Shown here piece by piece: positions 46,682 through 56,560 of a stretch of DNA of 64,000 nucleotides. Position 1 is the stretch's first letter; every line of letters begins with the position of its first letter. Below the pieces are notes generated by a model. That model made no database searches, was not told the origin of the DNA, and worked only from the letters and a program-made list of their open reading frames with translations. The position numbers were made by a program, and so were the translations under genes. The stretch spans positions 23,822 to 87,821 of the forward strand of contig JAZDFD010000012.1 of NCBI GenBank assembly GCA_043808155.1, written 5' to 3'. The DNA is from Candidatus Iainarchaeum sp. Lineage in GTDB: Archaea; Iainarchaeota; Iainarchaeia; Iainarchaeales; JAZDFD01.

Positions 46682-47887
46682 ATGAAGCTGGCGATTATTT
46701 CATCATTAAAAGAATTTACAAAATCTAAATTCAATCTTAGTTTAATTATTGTTATGCTTGTACTGGGAAGTTTTTTAATTTTTTCAGAACCAGTTAAGCC
46801 AGCTTATGAATATGACGGCTTTGTTGTAACTTATTTTTATTTGCCATCCTGTTCACACTGTGCAGAACAGAAACCCATTATTTTAGAATTACAGCAGGAA
46901 CTAAAAGACATAACCTTTGTTTTTCATGACGCTTCTTCACAAGAGGGATCTGTGCTTTTTTATCAGATGGCTACAGAAGCAGGAATGGATACTTCGCAAC
47001 TCGGAACTCCGACAACTTTTGTTGAAAACCATCCGCTAGTTGGAGTGCACAGCAAACAAGAAATACTAAATGAAATCGATGACTGCATTAAAGAATGCAC
47101 TACTGGAGAAGTAAAGTCTGAAGTTCAAGATATTGAAACTGGGTTTGCGGATTTTGAACTTCCATTTTTGGGAAGAACAGACCTGACTTCTTTTTCAATT
47201 CCTGTGCTTGCAATAGTGCTTGGCGCAATAGATGGATTTAATCCGTGTGCAATGTGGGTTCTTGTTTATTTGATAGCACTTTTAGTAAATGTTCGGGACA
47301 GAAAAAAAGTCTGGCTTATAGTCGGAAGTTTTGTTCTAGCTTCGGGAATACTTTACTTTTTGTTCATGACTGCATGGTTGAATGTTTTCCTGCTTTTGGG
47401 TTATATAAAAACAATAACCGTCATTATAGGATTAGTTGCATTAGGTGGGGGGATACTAAGTGTTAAGGACTTTTTAACAACCAAAGATGCAATGACTTGC
47501 AAAGTAGGAGATGAAGCATCACACAAAAAAACAATAAGCAAAATGGAAGAAATAATTGCTAAGCCGATTTCGCTAGCATTAATTTTAGGAATAGTTGCAC
47601 TTGCATTTGTAGTAAACTCTGTAGAATTTGTCTGTTCTGCAGCAATCCCTGCAGTATTTACGCAGATACTTGCATTAAGTAATCTTTCAACAATTGAACA
47701 CTACATGTACATTTTACTTTACGACATTTTCTTTATGCTTGATGATTTATTAATATTTGGGCTTGCAGCACTTGCAATTAACAGTAGTTTTGGAGAAAAA
47801 TATGCAAAATACTGCAAAATAATTGGCGGGATAATATTAGTGGTTTTAGGACTGATACTTTTGTTCGCACCGCATTTATTAAGGTGA
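46682..47887 (+). CDS. Thioredoxin/glutaredoxin domain fused to a DsbD/CcdA-like membrane domain
   Basis: CSHC; DGFNPCAMWVL; VEFVCSA. Confidence 0.8.
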   Translation: MKLAIISSLKEFTKSKFNLSLIIVMLVLGSFLIFSEPVKPAYEYDGFVVTYFYLPSCSHCAEQKPIILELQQELKDITFVFHDASSQEGSVLFYQMATEAGMDTSQLGTPTTFVENHPLVGVHSKQEILNEIDDCIKECTTGEVKSEVQDIETGFADFELPFLGRTDLTSFSIPVLAIVLGAIDGFNPCAMWVLVYLIALLVNVRDRKKVWLIVGSFVLASGILYFLFMTAWLNVFLLLGYIKTITVIIGLVALGGGILSVKDFLTTKDAMTCKVGDEASHKKTISKMEEIIAKPISLALILGIVALAFVVNSVEFVCSAAIPAVFTQILALSNLSTIEHYMYILLYDIFFMLDDLLIFGLAALAINSSFGEKYAKYCKIIGGIILVVLGLILLFAPHLLR

Positions 47888-47894
47888 ATTTAAA

Positions 47895-49001
47895 ATGAAG
47901 GAAAAAAATATTTTGATAATAATTGTTGCACTTTTTCTGGCATTTTATTTTATGCCTGCGGGAAGTGAATGGTTTAATACTGCAATCTTAAGCGGAGTTT
48001 TACTTTTGCATGAATATGCAACTCAACATGTTTTAACCTGCCTTGTTCCAGCATTCTTCATTGCAGGTGCCATCGCAGTATTTATAAAAAAACAGGCTGT
48101 GCTGAAATATCTTGGCGGAAACACAAAAAAATATATTTCATATCCCGTTGCTTCCGTTTCAGGTGCAGTGCTTGCTGTTTGCAGTTGCACTATTCTCCCC
48201 TTGTTTGCTGGAATTTACAAAAGAGGCGCAGGGATTGGTCCGGCAACCGCATTTCTTTATTCCGGTCCGGCAATAAACATAGCTGCTATTTTCCTTACTG
48301 CAAGCGTTCTAGGTTTTAAGATTGGGTTGGCAAGAGCAGTTGCAGCAGTTTTTTTGGCAGGGTTAGTTGGGCTGACAATGGCCTTTCTTTTCAGAGAAAA
48401 GAGTGCAAACCAGGAAATAACAATTGACAAAGAACCAGAACAAAAAATTTCAAAAACCGTATTGGGATTATTTTTTGCTTCAATGGTTTCAGTACTTATC
48501 GTGAATAGTCTGCAGATTGATTTTATAATAAAATGGTCTGTGATGGGTCTATTAACTTTGATTGCTTTAGCAGTTGTTTTACTGAAATTTAAAACAGAAA
48601 CAAGAAACAAATGGCTTTCAGAAACGTGGAGTATAAGTAAGTTGTTGATTCCATATTTGTTCATTGGAGTGTTCCTGGTTGGATTTATTGAACCACTGCT
48701 ACCTGAACAGCTCATTGTGCAGTGGGTTGGTTCAAACACAATACAGGCAAATTTATTAGCTTCAATATTCGGAGCATTCATGTATTTTTCAACTTTAACA
48801 GAAGTGCCGATAATGCAGGCATTAATCACAAAAGGAATGAGTCCGGGTCCCGCACTTTCACTTCTGTTAGCAGGTCCGTCATTAAGTCTGCCTGCAATGC
48901 TCGTAATAAGACAAATTTTAGGAAATAAAAAAACAATTGCATATGTTACAATAGTTGTGATTTATTCTTCAGTTGCAGGATTAATATTTGGAATGATTTA
49001 A
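47895..49001 (+). CDS. ArsP/DUF318-family permease
   Basis: CLVPAFFIAG, AVCSCTILP, YFSTLTEVP, GPSLSLP. Confidence 0.85.
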   Translation: MKEKNILIIIVALFLAFYFMPAGSEWFNTAILSGVLLLHEYATQHVLTCLVPAFFIAGAIAVFIKKQAVLKYLGGNTKKYISYPVASVSGAVLAVCSCTILPLFAGIYKRGAGIGPATAFLYSGPAINIAAIFLTASVLGFKIGLARAVAAVFLAGLVGLTMAFLFREKSANQEITIDKEPEQKISKTVLGLFFASMVSVLIVNSLQIDFIIKWSVMGLLTLIALAVVLLKFKTETRNKWLSETWSISKLLIPYLFIGVFLVGFIEPLLPEQLIVQWVGSNTIQANLLASIFGAFMYFSTLTEVPIMQALITKGMSPGPALSLLLAGPSLSLPAMLVIRQILGNKKTIAYVTIVVIYSSVAGLIFGMI

Positions 49002-49014
49002 GGGGGGGGTTAAA

Positions 49015-49545
49015 ATGAGTAACAAAGAATGTTTTAGAAAATATAGTATATTGGTTTTTTTAGTAATCCTTGCACTTCTTTCTGGTTGCATCCAAAGCAA
49101 TGATACTACAAATGCAGAACAAGACCAAAGTAATATTGAATTGGAACAATACAGCGAACTAGATAATACGCCTGAGTCTTCAGACAAATTAACTTTATCT
49201 GATAATATTGAAAAAATTGAGATTATTCATTTCCACGGAACCAATCAGTGTTATTCATGCATTACTGTTGGCAATTATGCTGAGGAAACAGTCAACACCT
49301 ACTTTGCAGAAGAGTTGAAGTCAGGAAAGATAAGCTTTGCGCACATAAATGCAGAACAACCGGAAAATTTTGATATTGTAAAAAAGTATGGTGTGACAGG
49401 CTCTTCTTTATGGATTGGCGTCTACAAAAATGATGGCAGTTTTTCAAAGGAACAGAATACATCTGTTTGGTCTAAAATCAACAACAAATCTGATTACATG
49501 ACTTATCTACAAGGGATAATAAAAAACAAACTGGAAGAGAATTAA
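49015..49545 (+). CDS. ArsF-like thioredoxin-fold lipoprotein
   Basis: Lipobox LSGC; HFHGTNQCYSC. Confidence 0.72.
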   Translation: MSNKECFRKYSILVFLVILALLSGCIQSNDTTNAEQDQSNIELEQYSELDNTPESSDKLTLSDNIEKIEIIHFHGTNQCYSCITVGNYAEETVNTYFAEELKSGKISFAHINAEQPENFDIVKKYGVTGSSLWIGVYKNDGSFSKEQNTSVWSKINNKSDYMTYLQGIIKNKLEEN

Positions 49546-49546
49546 G

Positions 49547-50254
49547 ATGGATGTAATGGCATTTATGGGCACTTTGGGAGAAAGTAATTTGCCATTAGTT
49601 GCAGCTTTTTTTATTGGCTTAATGACTGCAATAAGTCCCTGTCCTCTTGCAACCAATATAACTGCAATCGCATACATGTCAAAAAAAATAGAAAAACGAA
49701 CAACAATAATTGTAGGTTTGTTATATACATTGGGGCGAATGTTAACCTATGTTGTTTTAGCATCATTAATTGTGTATGTTGGAATAAATACTCAGGCAAT
49801 TTCATTTTTTCTTCAAAAATACGGGGAACAATTCATAGGTCCATTTTTGATTCTAATTGGTGTTTTGATGCTTAGCGCGCACAAATTTAATTTTTTTAAA
49901 GGAAGTTCGAGAATGGAAAAATTAAAACAAACACTTTCCGAAAAAGGATATTTAGGTTGTTTTTTACTTGGTGTTGTTTTTGCACTTGCTTTCTGCCCAT
50001 TCAGCGCAGTTTTATTCTTCGGAATGTTAATCCCACTAGCCTTACAAACAGGAGACGCGATTGCAGTCCCCGCAGTTTTTGCAATAGCCACTGGTTTGCC
50101 AGTAATAATTTTCTCATTTATCCTGGTTTACAGTGTTTCAAAAATAGGAACAATGCTAAACAAGCTTCAATTATTTGAAAAGTATATGCGCATAGCAGTT
50201 TCAATAATATTTATCTTAATCGGACTATATTACACATATAATATTTGGATTTGA
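49547..50254 (+). CDS. ArsG-like (DsbD_2/CcdA-type) membrane protein
   Basis: TAISPCPLATNI; LAFCPFSAVLFFG. Confidence 0.78.
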   Translation: MDVMAFMGTLGESNLPLVAAFFIGLMTAISPCPLATNITAIAYMSKKIEKRTTIIVGLLYTLGRMLTYVVLASLIVYVGINTQAISFFLQKYGEQFIGPFLILIGVLMLSAHKFNFFKGSSRMEKLKQTLSEKGYLGCFLLGVVFALAFCPFSAVLFFGMLIPLALQTGDAIAVPAVFAIATGLPVIIFSFILVYSVSKIGTMLNKLQLFEKYMRIAVSIIFILIGLYYTYNIWI

Positions 50255-50296
50255 TTTAGTATTTCACTCTTAAATGACAAATGAGGAGGAATTAAA

Positions 50297-50524
50297 ATGA
50301 ACATAAAGGTTTTAGGAACTGGATGCTCGAAATGCAAACAGCTAGAAGAAAACACAAGAAAGGCATTGGAAGAAACAGGAAAAAAAGCAGAAATTGAAAA
50401 AGTAACAGATATGAATAAAATAATTGAAGCAGGAGTTATGACTACACCAGCACTGTCTGTTGATGGAAAAATTGTTTGCAGCGGTACAATTCCGTCTTCT
50501 GAAGAAATAAAAAAGTGGCTTTAA
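50297..50524 (+). CDS. Small redox-active disulfide protein (MTH895/ArsE-like)
   Basis: IKVLGTGCSKC...GVMTTPAL. Confidence 0.88.
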   Translation: MNIKVLGTGCSKCKQLEENTRKALEETGKKAEIEKVTDMNKIIEAGVMTTPALSVDGKIVCSGTIPSSEEIKKWL

Positions 50525-50650
50525 TGAATCCGCAGGCGATGTCAGGATATTTGTTTTTATTTCGTTTATATGCCTTAGATTTGTAGAGCAAAATATTCCT
50601 TTAAAAATGCGATATATTATATAGAGTACTTCTATGTAATTGTCAGTTCA

Positions 50651-52231
50651 TCAAATCATTTTTTTGGGAATTTCCTCGATTACCCCGTCACTTAATTTTA
50701 GAATTCGCTGTGCAATTTTTTCAATGAAATATCTGTCGTGTGATATTGCCAGAATTGCACCATTATAGTTCAAGAATGCGTTTTCAATGATTTCGCAAGC
50801 GTCGATATCCAAGTGGTTAGTTGGCTCGTCAAGCAAAAGCAAGTTTGGTTTTTTGATGAGTATTTTAAGCAAGTTAAGCCTAGATTTTTCACCCATGGAC
50901 AGTTCGGAAATTGGCTTGAACACGTCTTCATCCACAACAAATCCCAGCATGGACAATTGCTGGCGCGTTTTAGCGAGGTCTTTAAAGAAGGGATATATTT
51001 CATCATACAAAGTAACATTGGTTGACAGGTCTTTGAGTTCCTGGTCTACATAGCCAAGTTTTGTCTGCGGATCCAAAATCACTTTGCCAGAAATTGCAGG
51101 AACCCTTCCCTCAATTGTTTTGAAAAGAGTGCTTTTGCCCATTCCATTTTCTCCGATTAGAATAGTCCGTTGGCCAATGCCCACATTAAAATTGATGTTG
51201 GAAATGAGCGGTTTTTCATATCCAACACTCAAGTCAGCCAGTTCTAAAACCACAACAGAGCTGATTGGTGATGCTTCAAAAGAGGTTTTGAAATTTGACT
51301 GATCCATGTCTGGTTTTTCAATAATTTTGCGCTTTTCCAAAAGTTTTTCACGGTATTGCCCTTGTTTGACTTTCAGAGGGCTTTTGCCAATGCGAGCTAT
51401 TTTGTCTTTTTGAATAGCAAGGTATTTTTTTTCTTGCACGTAGGCTGTTTGTTGAGCTTTAAATGTTGATTCGCGCGTTTTCACGTACGCAGAATAATTG
51501 CCGTTGTACTTAATCCATTTTCCGTTCTCTATTTTCAGAATAGTGTTGCACACGCGATCCAAAAAATACCTGTCATGCGTGACCATGAGCACTGTTCCTT
51601 TAAAATCACGCAAGTAGTTTTCTAAAATATTCAAGCGTTTGAAATCAAGGTGATTGGTTGGTTCATCGAGCAGCAAAAAATCAGCGTCAGATGATAAAAT
51701 TTGGACCAATGCAATAATCGCCCGCTGTCCTGTGGAAAGCGAGCCAATGCTTTGATCAAGCCATGATCCTTTAACTCCGAGCGTTTGTAAAACAGATTTG
51801 ATTTTGTTAATACCGGGCGGAGTTTGATGTTTTGCAATTTCGGCCTGCAATTTCACGTAGTGCTCCATTAGCTTGTTTACTCTATTGTTGTCTTGATAAA
51901 TGTCCGGGCGTGAAAGAAGCTGCTCAATCTCGTGCAATTTTTTCTCAGACTTGTTTTGGTGATGAATTGTGGCGCTTTTTCCAATTGTTTGCCACCCTGT
52001 TTTATGCAAGTCTAAGTCAATGTGTTGGGAAAAATAAGCGGCTTTGCCATTGAATTCAATCTTGCCGTTGTAGTCCACTTGGCCTAAAATTGCTTTGAGA
52101 AACGTTGTTTTCCCAGCCCCATTTCTACCAAGAAGCCCTACTTTGGAGCCATCTTCGATTCCTACGCTTTCGTTAATCAGTATGTCTTTGGGTCCAAAGG
52201 AAATTGAAATGTTTTTGACAGAAAGAGCCAT
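50651..52231 (-). CDS. ABC-F family ATPase
   Basis: Two NBDs (GRNGAGKT, GENGMGKS), LDEPTNHLD twice, HDRYF, GNYSAY linker, no TM segments. Confidence 0.9.
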   Translation of the reverse strand: MALSVKNISISFGPKDILINESVGIEDGSKVGLLGRNGAGKTTFLKAILGQVDYNGKIEFNGKAAYFSQHIDLDLHKTGWQTIGKSATIHHQNKSEKKLHEIEQLLSRPDIYQDNNRVNKLMEHYVKLQAEIAKHQTPPGINKIKSVLQTLGVKGSWLDQSIGSLSTGQRAIIALVQILSSDADFLLLDEPTNHLDFKRLNILENYLRDFKGTVLMVTHDRYFLDRVCNTILKIENGKWIKYNGNYSAYVKTRESTFKAQQTAYVQEKKYLAIQKDKIARIGKSPLKVKQGQYREKLLEKRKIIEKPDMDQSNFKTSFEASPISSVVVLELADLSVGYEKPLISNINFNVGIGQRTILIGENGMGKSTLFKTIEGRVPAISGKVILDPQTKLGYVDQELKDLSTNVTLYDEIYPFFKDLAKTRQQLSMLGFVVDEDVFKPISELSMGEKSRLNLLKILIKKPNLLLLDEPTNHLDIDACEIIENAFLNYNGAILAISHDRYFIEKIAQRILKLSDGVIEEIPKKMI

Positions 52232-52546
52232 GTATAATTACCATTCGAATGAATTCTTTAAAGTATGCTAAAATTATTATTTTTTCCAGATTCATAAATG
52301 TAATAAAAGAGTAAAAACCTGTTTTGAAAAAGTTATATTACCCTGACAACATAGAGGTAATTGTCATCTAATCATTGACATTAATAATTTGGATAAGAAG
52401 GTTTTTTATTACTCCTTTTTGTTCAAAAAAAAATAAATTTAAATACTAGTTTTGTTGTATTAAATGCAAGGCGTGACAGTTTTGTTGTGGCGGCTTCCGA
52501 TTCTGACAAAACTGATTCTGACCTATAACCAAGGGGGGATACTCTA

Positions 52547-52660
52547 ATGGCAACAAAAAGAAAGAAAACTACTGCTAGTAGAAGCACTGCTAGTAGAAGC
52601 ACTGCAAGTAGAAGCAGCACTAGTAGAACTAGACCTAGTCGAACTAGTACATCTAGATAA
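52547..52660 (+). CDS. 37-aa Ser/Thr/Arg-rich basic microprotein
   Basis: AGGGGGG SD; MATKRKKTTASRSTASRSTASRSSTSRTRPSRTSTSR; hairpin at 52687-52704 downstream. Confidence 0.6.
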   Translation: MATKRKKTTASRSTASRSTASRSSTSRTRPSRTSTSR

Positions 52661-52894
52661 AATTAAAGATTATTTATTTTACTGACGGGGCATTTTTTTT
52701 GCCCCACCAATTTCTCACTCAAATTTTTCAAATTTACACTTTCATAAAGAAATTCTGCTTTCCGATATTCAGTAAAGAAATGGCATTTTGCAAGCCGTAA
52801 TAAAAAGGCAAAGGCAAATATTAAATAAGAGCAAAGCCAATGTAATATACATTCAAATGCATTTGTTTGCGTTGTGCGGATGGTGGTTAATAAA

Positions 52895-53965
52895 ATGAAG
52901 AAAATTTTTTTACTGACAATTTTTTTGATTTTTTTTGGCTTAGCTGTTTTTGCTGTTGAAGATTCACGTGCGGAAGAGGATTGCATTAAATTTGCGTATA
53001 TTTGCGCGGGTCCGCCTTTAAATCTTATAGTTGGTGAAAATTGCTGGTCAAGCGGATTGAGTGCGGAAGCAAAGGTTTCAATAGCACAATGGGAAAAAAC
53101 TGAAGTAGGGGATGATTGTGAACCTTTGGATGCAGACAATGACAATGTTCCCGACTCTGAAGTTGTGCCCTGTGACACATGTGATGAAAGCGAAAAAATG
53201 GGCTGCTGTTACGGATTTTTTGATGACGGAACGCCACGCTTTTTAGGGTTCACAACACAGGATGATTGCACTGGAGTCAGTATCTGGGATCCGAAGTGCG
53301 CAAATGGAACTGGGTCGCAGACAAGTACAGGCTGTTGTGTATGCGAAGTTGAAAACTCAGATTGCATTGACAAAGGTGGTTCTCAGAATTTTTATTATTA
53401 TACTATGAGTCAAGCAAGCTATGAGGCATGCGTTGCTTCCTGCACAAGCGCGTACAATGGGCAAGTATTTGCTTTTGACACTGATGATCCGACTTGTGTG
53501 AAATCAAGGCAGACATACGATATATGCGGCGATTGCAAACTTGATAAGGGTGAGGACTGTGATCCGCCAACATCACTGTGTGACTTTAATGTTCCCTGCA
53601 ATGCTGCCTGTAAATGTGCATTCACAGATCCTGTCTGCAAAAAGTATTCTGTCTGCAAGGACAATGGGCAGATATGCAATTTTGATTCAGTAAAATGCGA
53701 AATTATTGAAGACAGCTGTCATGTATGTGAAAGAGGGACAGTTTGCAAAGAGAGTACGGATGCAACAACTGGATGGGTCAGTGCGCAATGCATTGCACCT
53801 GACATAAAAGCCGCAACAGGCCCGAGCGCAAAGCCATTGGGCTGGGCTTCCGCGCCATTAGGCATAATAAACACTGCGGGGATTGAAACCTTAGTTGTGG
53901 GTACGATTTTTGTGGTTGCCGTAATAGCGGGAATAATTTTGCTTAAAAAAAGGCGAACAGCGTAA
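52895..53965 (+). CDS. Cys-rich secreted protein with C-terminal TM anchor
   Basis: Signal peptide MKKIFLL..., dozens of Cys, CGD..LD.GEDCD motif, TM plus basic tail. Confidence 0.75.
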   Translation: MKKIFLLTIFLIFFGLAVFAVEDSRAEEDCIKFAYICAGPPLNLIVGENCWSSGLSAEAKVSIAQWEKTEVGDDCEPLDADNDNVPDSEVVPCDTCDESEKMGCCYGFFDDGTPRFLGFTTQDDCTGVSIWDPKCANGTGSQTSTGCCVCEVENSDCIDKGGSQNFYYYTMSQASYEACVASCTSAYNGQVFAFDTDDPTCVKSRQTYDICGDCKLDKGEDCDPPTSLCDFNVPCNAACKCAFTDPVCKKYSVCKDNGQICNFDSVKCEIIEDSCHVCERGTVCKESTDATTGWVSAQCIAPDIKAATGPSAKPLGWASAPLGIINTAGIETLVVGTIFVVAVIAGIILLKKRRTA

Positions 53966-54115
53966 GCTGTTCATACTTTTCTATTTTTTATTTGTTTTTT
54001 ATTATACAAAAAAAATATATCTAACTTTGTGCTTAGTTCTACTACGCAATTAAAAATGCGCTATTTTTCATAGCGATTATATTTAAAAATAGGTTTTCAA
54101 TTATCAATACAACCT

Positions 54116-54454
54116 TTGGAGGTAATTTGGATGAGCAATAGTGAAGACAATAGTAAAACAGTTGCAATCCTCGCATACTTTTTGATAGGCATTATCTGGT
54201 ATTTTGCTGATGAGAAAGTAAAGAAAAGCGAGTTTGCAAAAGGACATGTTAAGCAGGCACTAAATCTTTTAATAATTGAAATAGTTGTTATGACTGCGTT
54301 AGGTTTAATCCCTATTCTCGGATGGGTAATGATGCCTTTGGCAAGTTTAGCATTCATCATATTGTGGATTATCGGACTGATAGCAGCTCTTAACAATCAG
54401 ACAAAAGAGCTACCAGTTATTGGCCAGTTCGCAAGCAAATATTTACAATTCTAA
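54116..54454 (+). CDS. DUF4870-like three-TM membrane protein
   Basis: AILAY...HVKQAL...IPILGW...LPVIG. Confidence 0.8.
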   Translation: MEVIWMSNSEDNSKTVAILAYFLIGIIWYFADEKVKKSEFAKGHVKQALNLLIIEIVVMTALGLIPILGWVMMPLASLAFIILWIIGLIAALNNQTKELPVIGQFASKYLQF

Positions 54455-54581
54455 ATGCAAAGGGCGAGTGCCCTTTCTATTTTTATTTTTTCAAAACTTA
54501 ACACTATGTAAAGCTTTAAATACTCTTATGAATATATATTCACTATGGATTATGAATAATAATCCATAAGGAGGTAATATT

Positions 54582-54719
54582 ATGCCAAATAGAGACGGAA
54601 CAGGTCCCGAAGGAAAAGGTCCCAAAACCGGCAGAGGTTTAGGGAAATGCACAGGAAAAAATTCTGAAGCTAAAAGTGGTCCAGGAATGGGCATGAGACG
54701 AAGAGCAAACAATCCTTAG
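54582..54719 (+). CDS. DUF5320-like Gly-rich small protein
   Basis: MPNRDGTGPEGKGPKTGRGLGKC; GGAGGT SD. Confidence 0.78.
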   Translation: MPNRDGTGPEGKGPKTGRGLGKCTGKNSEAKSGPGMGMRRRANNP

Positions 54720-54784
54720 TTTTTTTAATTAATATTAATTAATACATAAGTGACATATATAGTGATTAAACTAGAGTGATTTAA

Positions 54785-55120
54785 ATGCCCAGACCCCGCA
54801 GAAGAAGAAACATCGGATTTGAGCCAGACGTAGTTCTGTTTAAACCTGCGGGGACACCTGCATTTGAATTAGAAACTGTGATTCTGAAAATGGAAGAATT
54901 AGAAGCAATACGTCTGAAAGATTTTCAGGAAAAAGATCAGGCTGAATCTGCAGAAAAAATGGGGATTTCCCAGCCGACATTTCACAGACTACTTTTAAGT
55001 GCTAGAAAAAAAATCGCAGATGCATTAGTAAACGGAAAAGCAATAAAAATTGAAGGCGGACATTATGAATTTATAGGTTCCCCTTCTCAAAGAAGAAGGC
55101 GTACACCCCTTTCAGATTAA
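54785..55120 (+). CDS. DUF134 family DNA-binding protein
   Basis: MPRPR...FKP.G...EELEAIRLKD...MGISQPTF...ARKKIADALVNGK. Confidence 0.9.
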   Translation: MPRPRRRRNIGFEPDVVLFKPAGTPAFELETVILKMEELEAIRLKDFQEKDQAESAEKMGISQPTFHRLLLSARKKIADALVNGKAIKIEGGHYEFIGSPSQRRRRTPLSD

Positions 55121-55243
55121 ACAAAAACCTCCATAACCCCCAAAATCTGCCTTAAAACCACCTTTCTAAGCACGTTTAAGCCTATTCATTTATAAATATA
55201 TATTCCACAATTTCATTAGAAACAGCCTATGGAGGTCTTTATT

Positions 55244-55420
55244 ATGGCAGAAACATATATTGTAAAATCAAAAATAGCAGACTACATCAGATCACAGAAC
55301 ATGATGATGTCAAAGGATGCATATGAGTCTTTGAGCGCAGAGGTTGAATCAATGCTCTCAAGTTCAATCAAAAGATGCAAAGAAAACGGCAGAAAAACCG
55401 TTAAATCATACGACTTTTAA
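55244..55420 (+). CDS. Minimal histone-fold protein (DUF1931-like)
   Basis: IVKSKIADYI...RCKENGRKTVKSYDF; GGAGGT SD. Confidence 0.82.
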   Translation: MAETYIVKSKIADYIRSQNMMMSKDAYESLSAEVESMLSSSIKRCKENGRKTVKSYDF

Positions 55421-55501
55421 ATTTTTAACAATGGGGCTAAATGCCCCTAATCTCTTATTTTTAATGAATGTTTTATATACTTTAATGGATTCTAATTAAT
55501 A

Positions 55502-56560
55502 ATGACTTTCAATTTTCGCTATTTGCTGACGTTCACTCTGTTGCTTATTCTAGTTTCTGTTAACGCTGCCAGTACGGAAATTGAAATTTTGGAAATCCCA
55601 ACTGCCAGTGAAATAACAGTAGAACTAGCTGTTTCTGAAATTGTGAACGAGGGAGAAATGATTTCATTTAGCTATGAACTTTCTTCAAACAAAGAAACTA
55701 CTGTAAGTTTCATCCCGCATATAAAATGTAACAGCGGCCCCGGAGATTTTTTAAACGAGGAAACAGCAACAATAACTCCGAGTGAACCCTATTCAGGAGC
55801 GCATACTTTTGTAAAAGTTAATTACAAGGAATTTGAAAATGGAATGTGCGTTGCGTATATTTACATTCTGGAACCTGAAGAAGAAACTTTTTCGGAAACA
55901 TTTGAGATAAAAGTTGCAGATTATCTGCATGCAGAAACAGACACTTATGCACCTGATGAAACAGGAAATAAAAGGGTTTTCCTTGTTGGGGAAACAGCTG
56001 AAGTAAGAAGTGAAGCAACAACAAACACATACGCAGAAGCTGCAATAACCTACACAACAACTGTTTCAAATAACGGAAGCATAGTTGGTACATTCACAGG
56101 AAAAACATTTACGCTTCTTTTGTCAGAAACCGGATATTATGAAGTAAGAGTAATTGCAAGTGCAAATAGTTTCATGCTAGATGAAGCAGTTACTAGATTT
56201 ACTGTTGTAAAAGAGCATGCGATTCCCACAAGTGTCAACACAATTTGCAATTACAATATGACTTGCGAACCAAATTCAGGCGAAAACTCCGGGAACTGCG
56301 TAATGGACTGCCCGCTGGCGCAACCTGTAATTTCTGAAGACCCTTTTACAAAAGACCTTACCCCTGAACCTAAACCCGCGCCAGTTATTCCAACAACCCG
56401 GAAAACTACTTCTATTGGTGCTGTTCTTGGAAGTGCAATGTGCATTTTTGATGATGCATGCACAAGTGTTTTAAATTTTGGAATAATTGCAGCTGCAATT
56501 GCAATTATAATCGGAATTATGTTTTTGAAAATCAGAAAAAATAAAGGTGCATTAAAATGA
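55502..56560 (+). CDS. Surface protein with Ig-like domains and C-terminal TM
   Basis: Signal peptide; CEP..GENSGNC..DC motif; TM plus basic tail. Confidence 0.7.
   Translation: MTFNFRYLLTFTLLLILVSVNAASTEIEILEIPTASEITVELAVSEIVNEGEMISFSYELSSNKETTVSFIPHIKCNSGPGDFLNEETATITPSEPYSGAHTFVKVNYKEFENGMCVAYIYILEPEEETFSETFEIKVADYLHAETDTYAPDETGNKRVFLVGETAEVRSEATTNTYAEAAITYTTTVSNNGSIVGTFTGKTFTLLLSETGYYEVRVIASANSFMLDEAVTRFTVVKEHAIPTSVNTICNYNMTCEPNSGENSGNCVMDCPLAQPVISEDPFTKDLTPEPKPAPVIPTTRKTTSIGAVLGSAMCIFDDACTSVLNFGIIAAAIAIIIGIMFLKIRKNKGALK

Noticed and set aside
52423-52620. Leu-rich ORF on the minus strand
   Set aside because: Antisense shadow of the STASR tandem repeat; the plus frame has the SD
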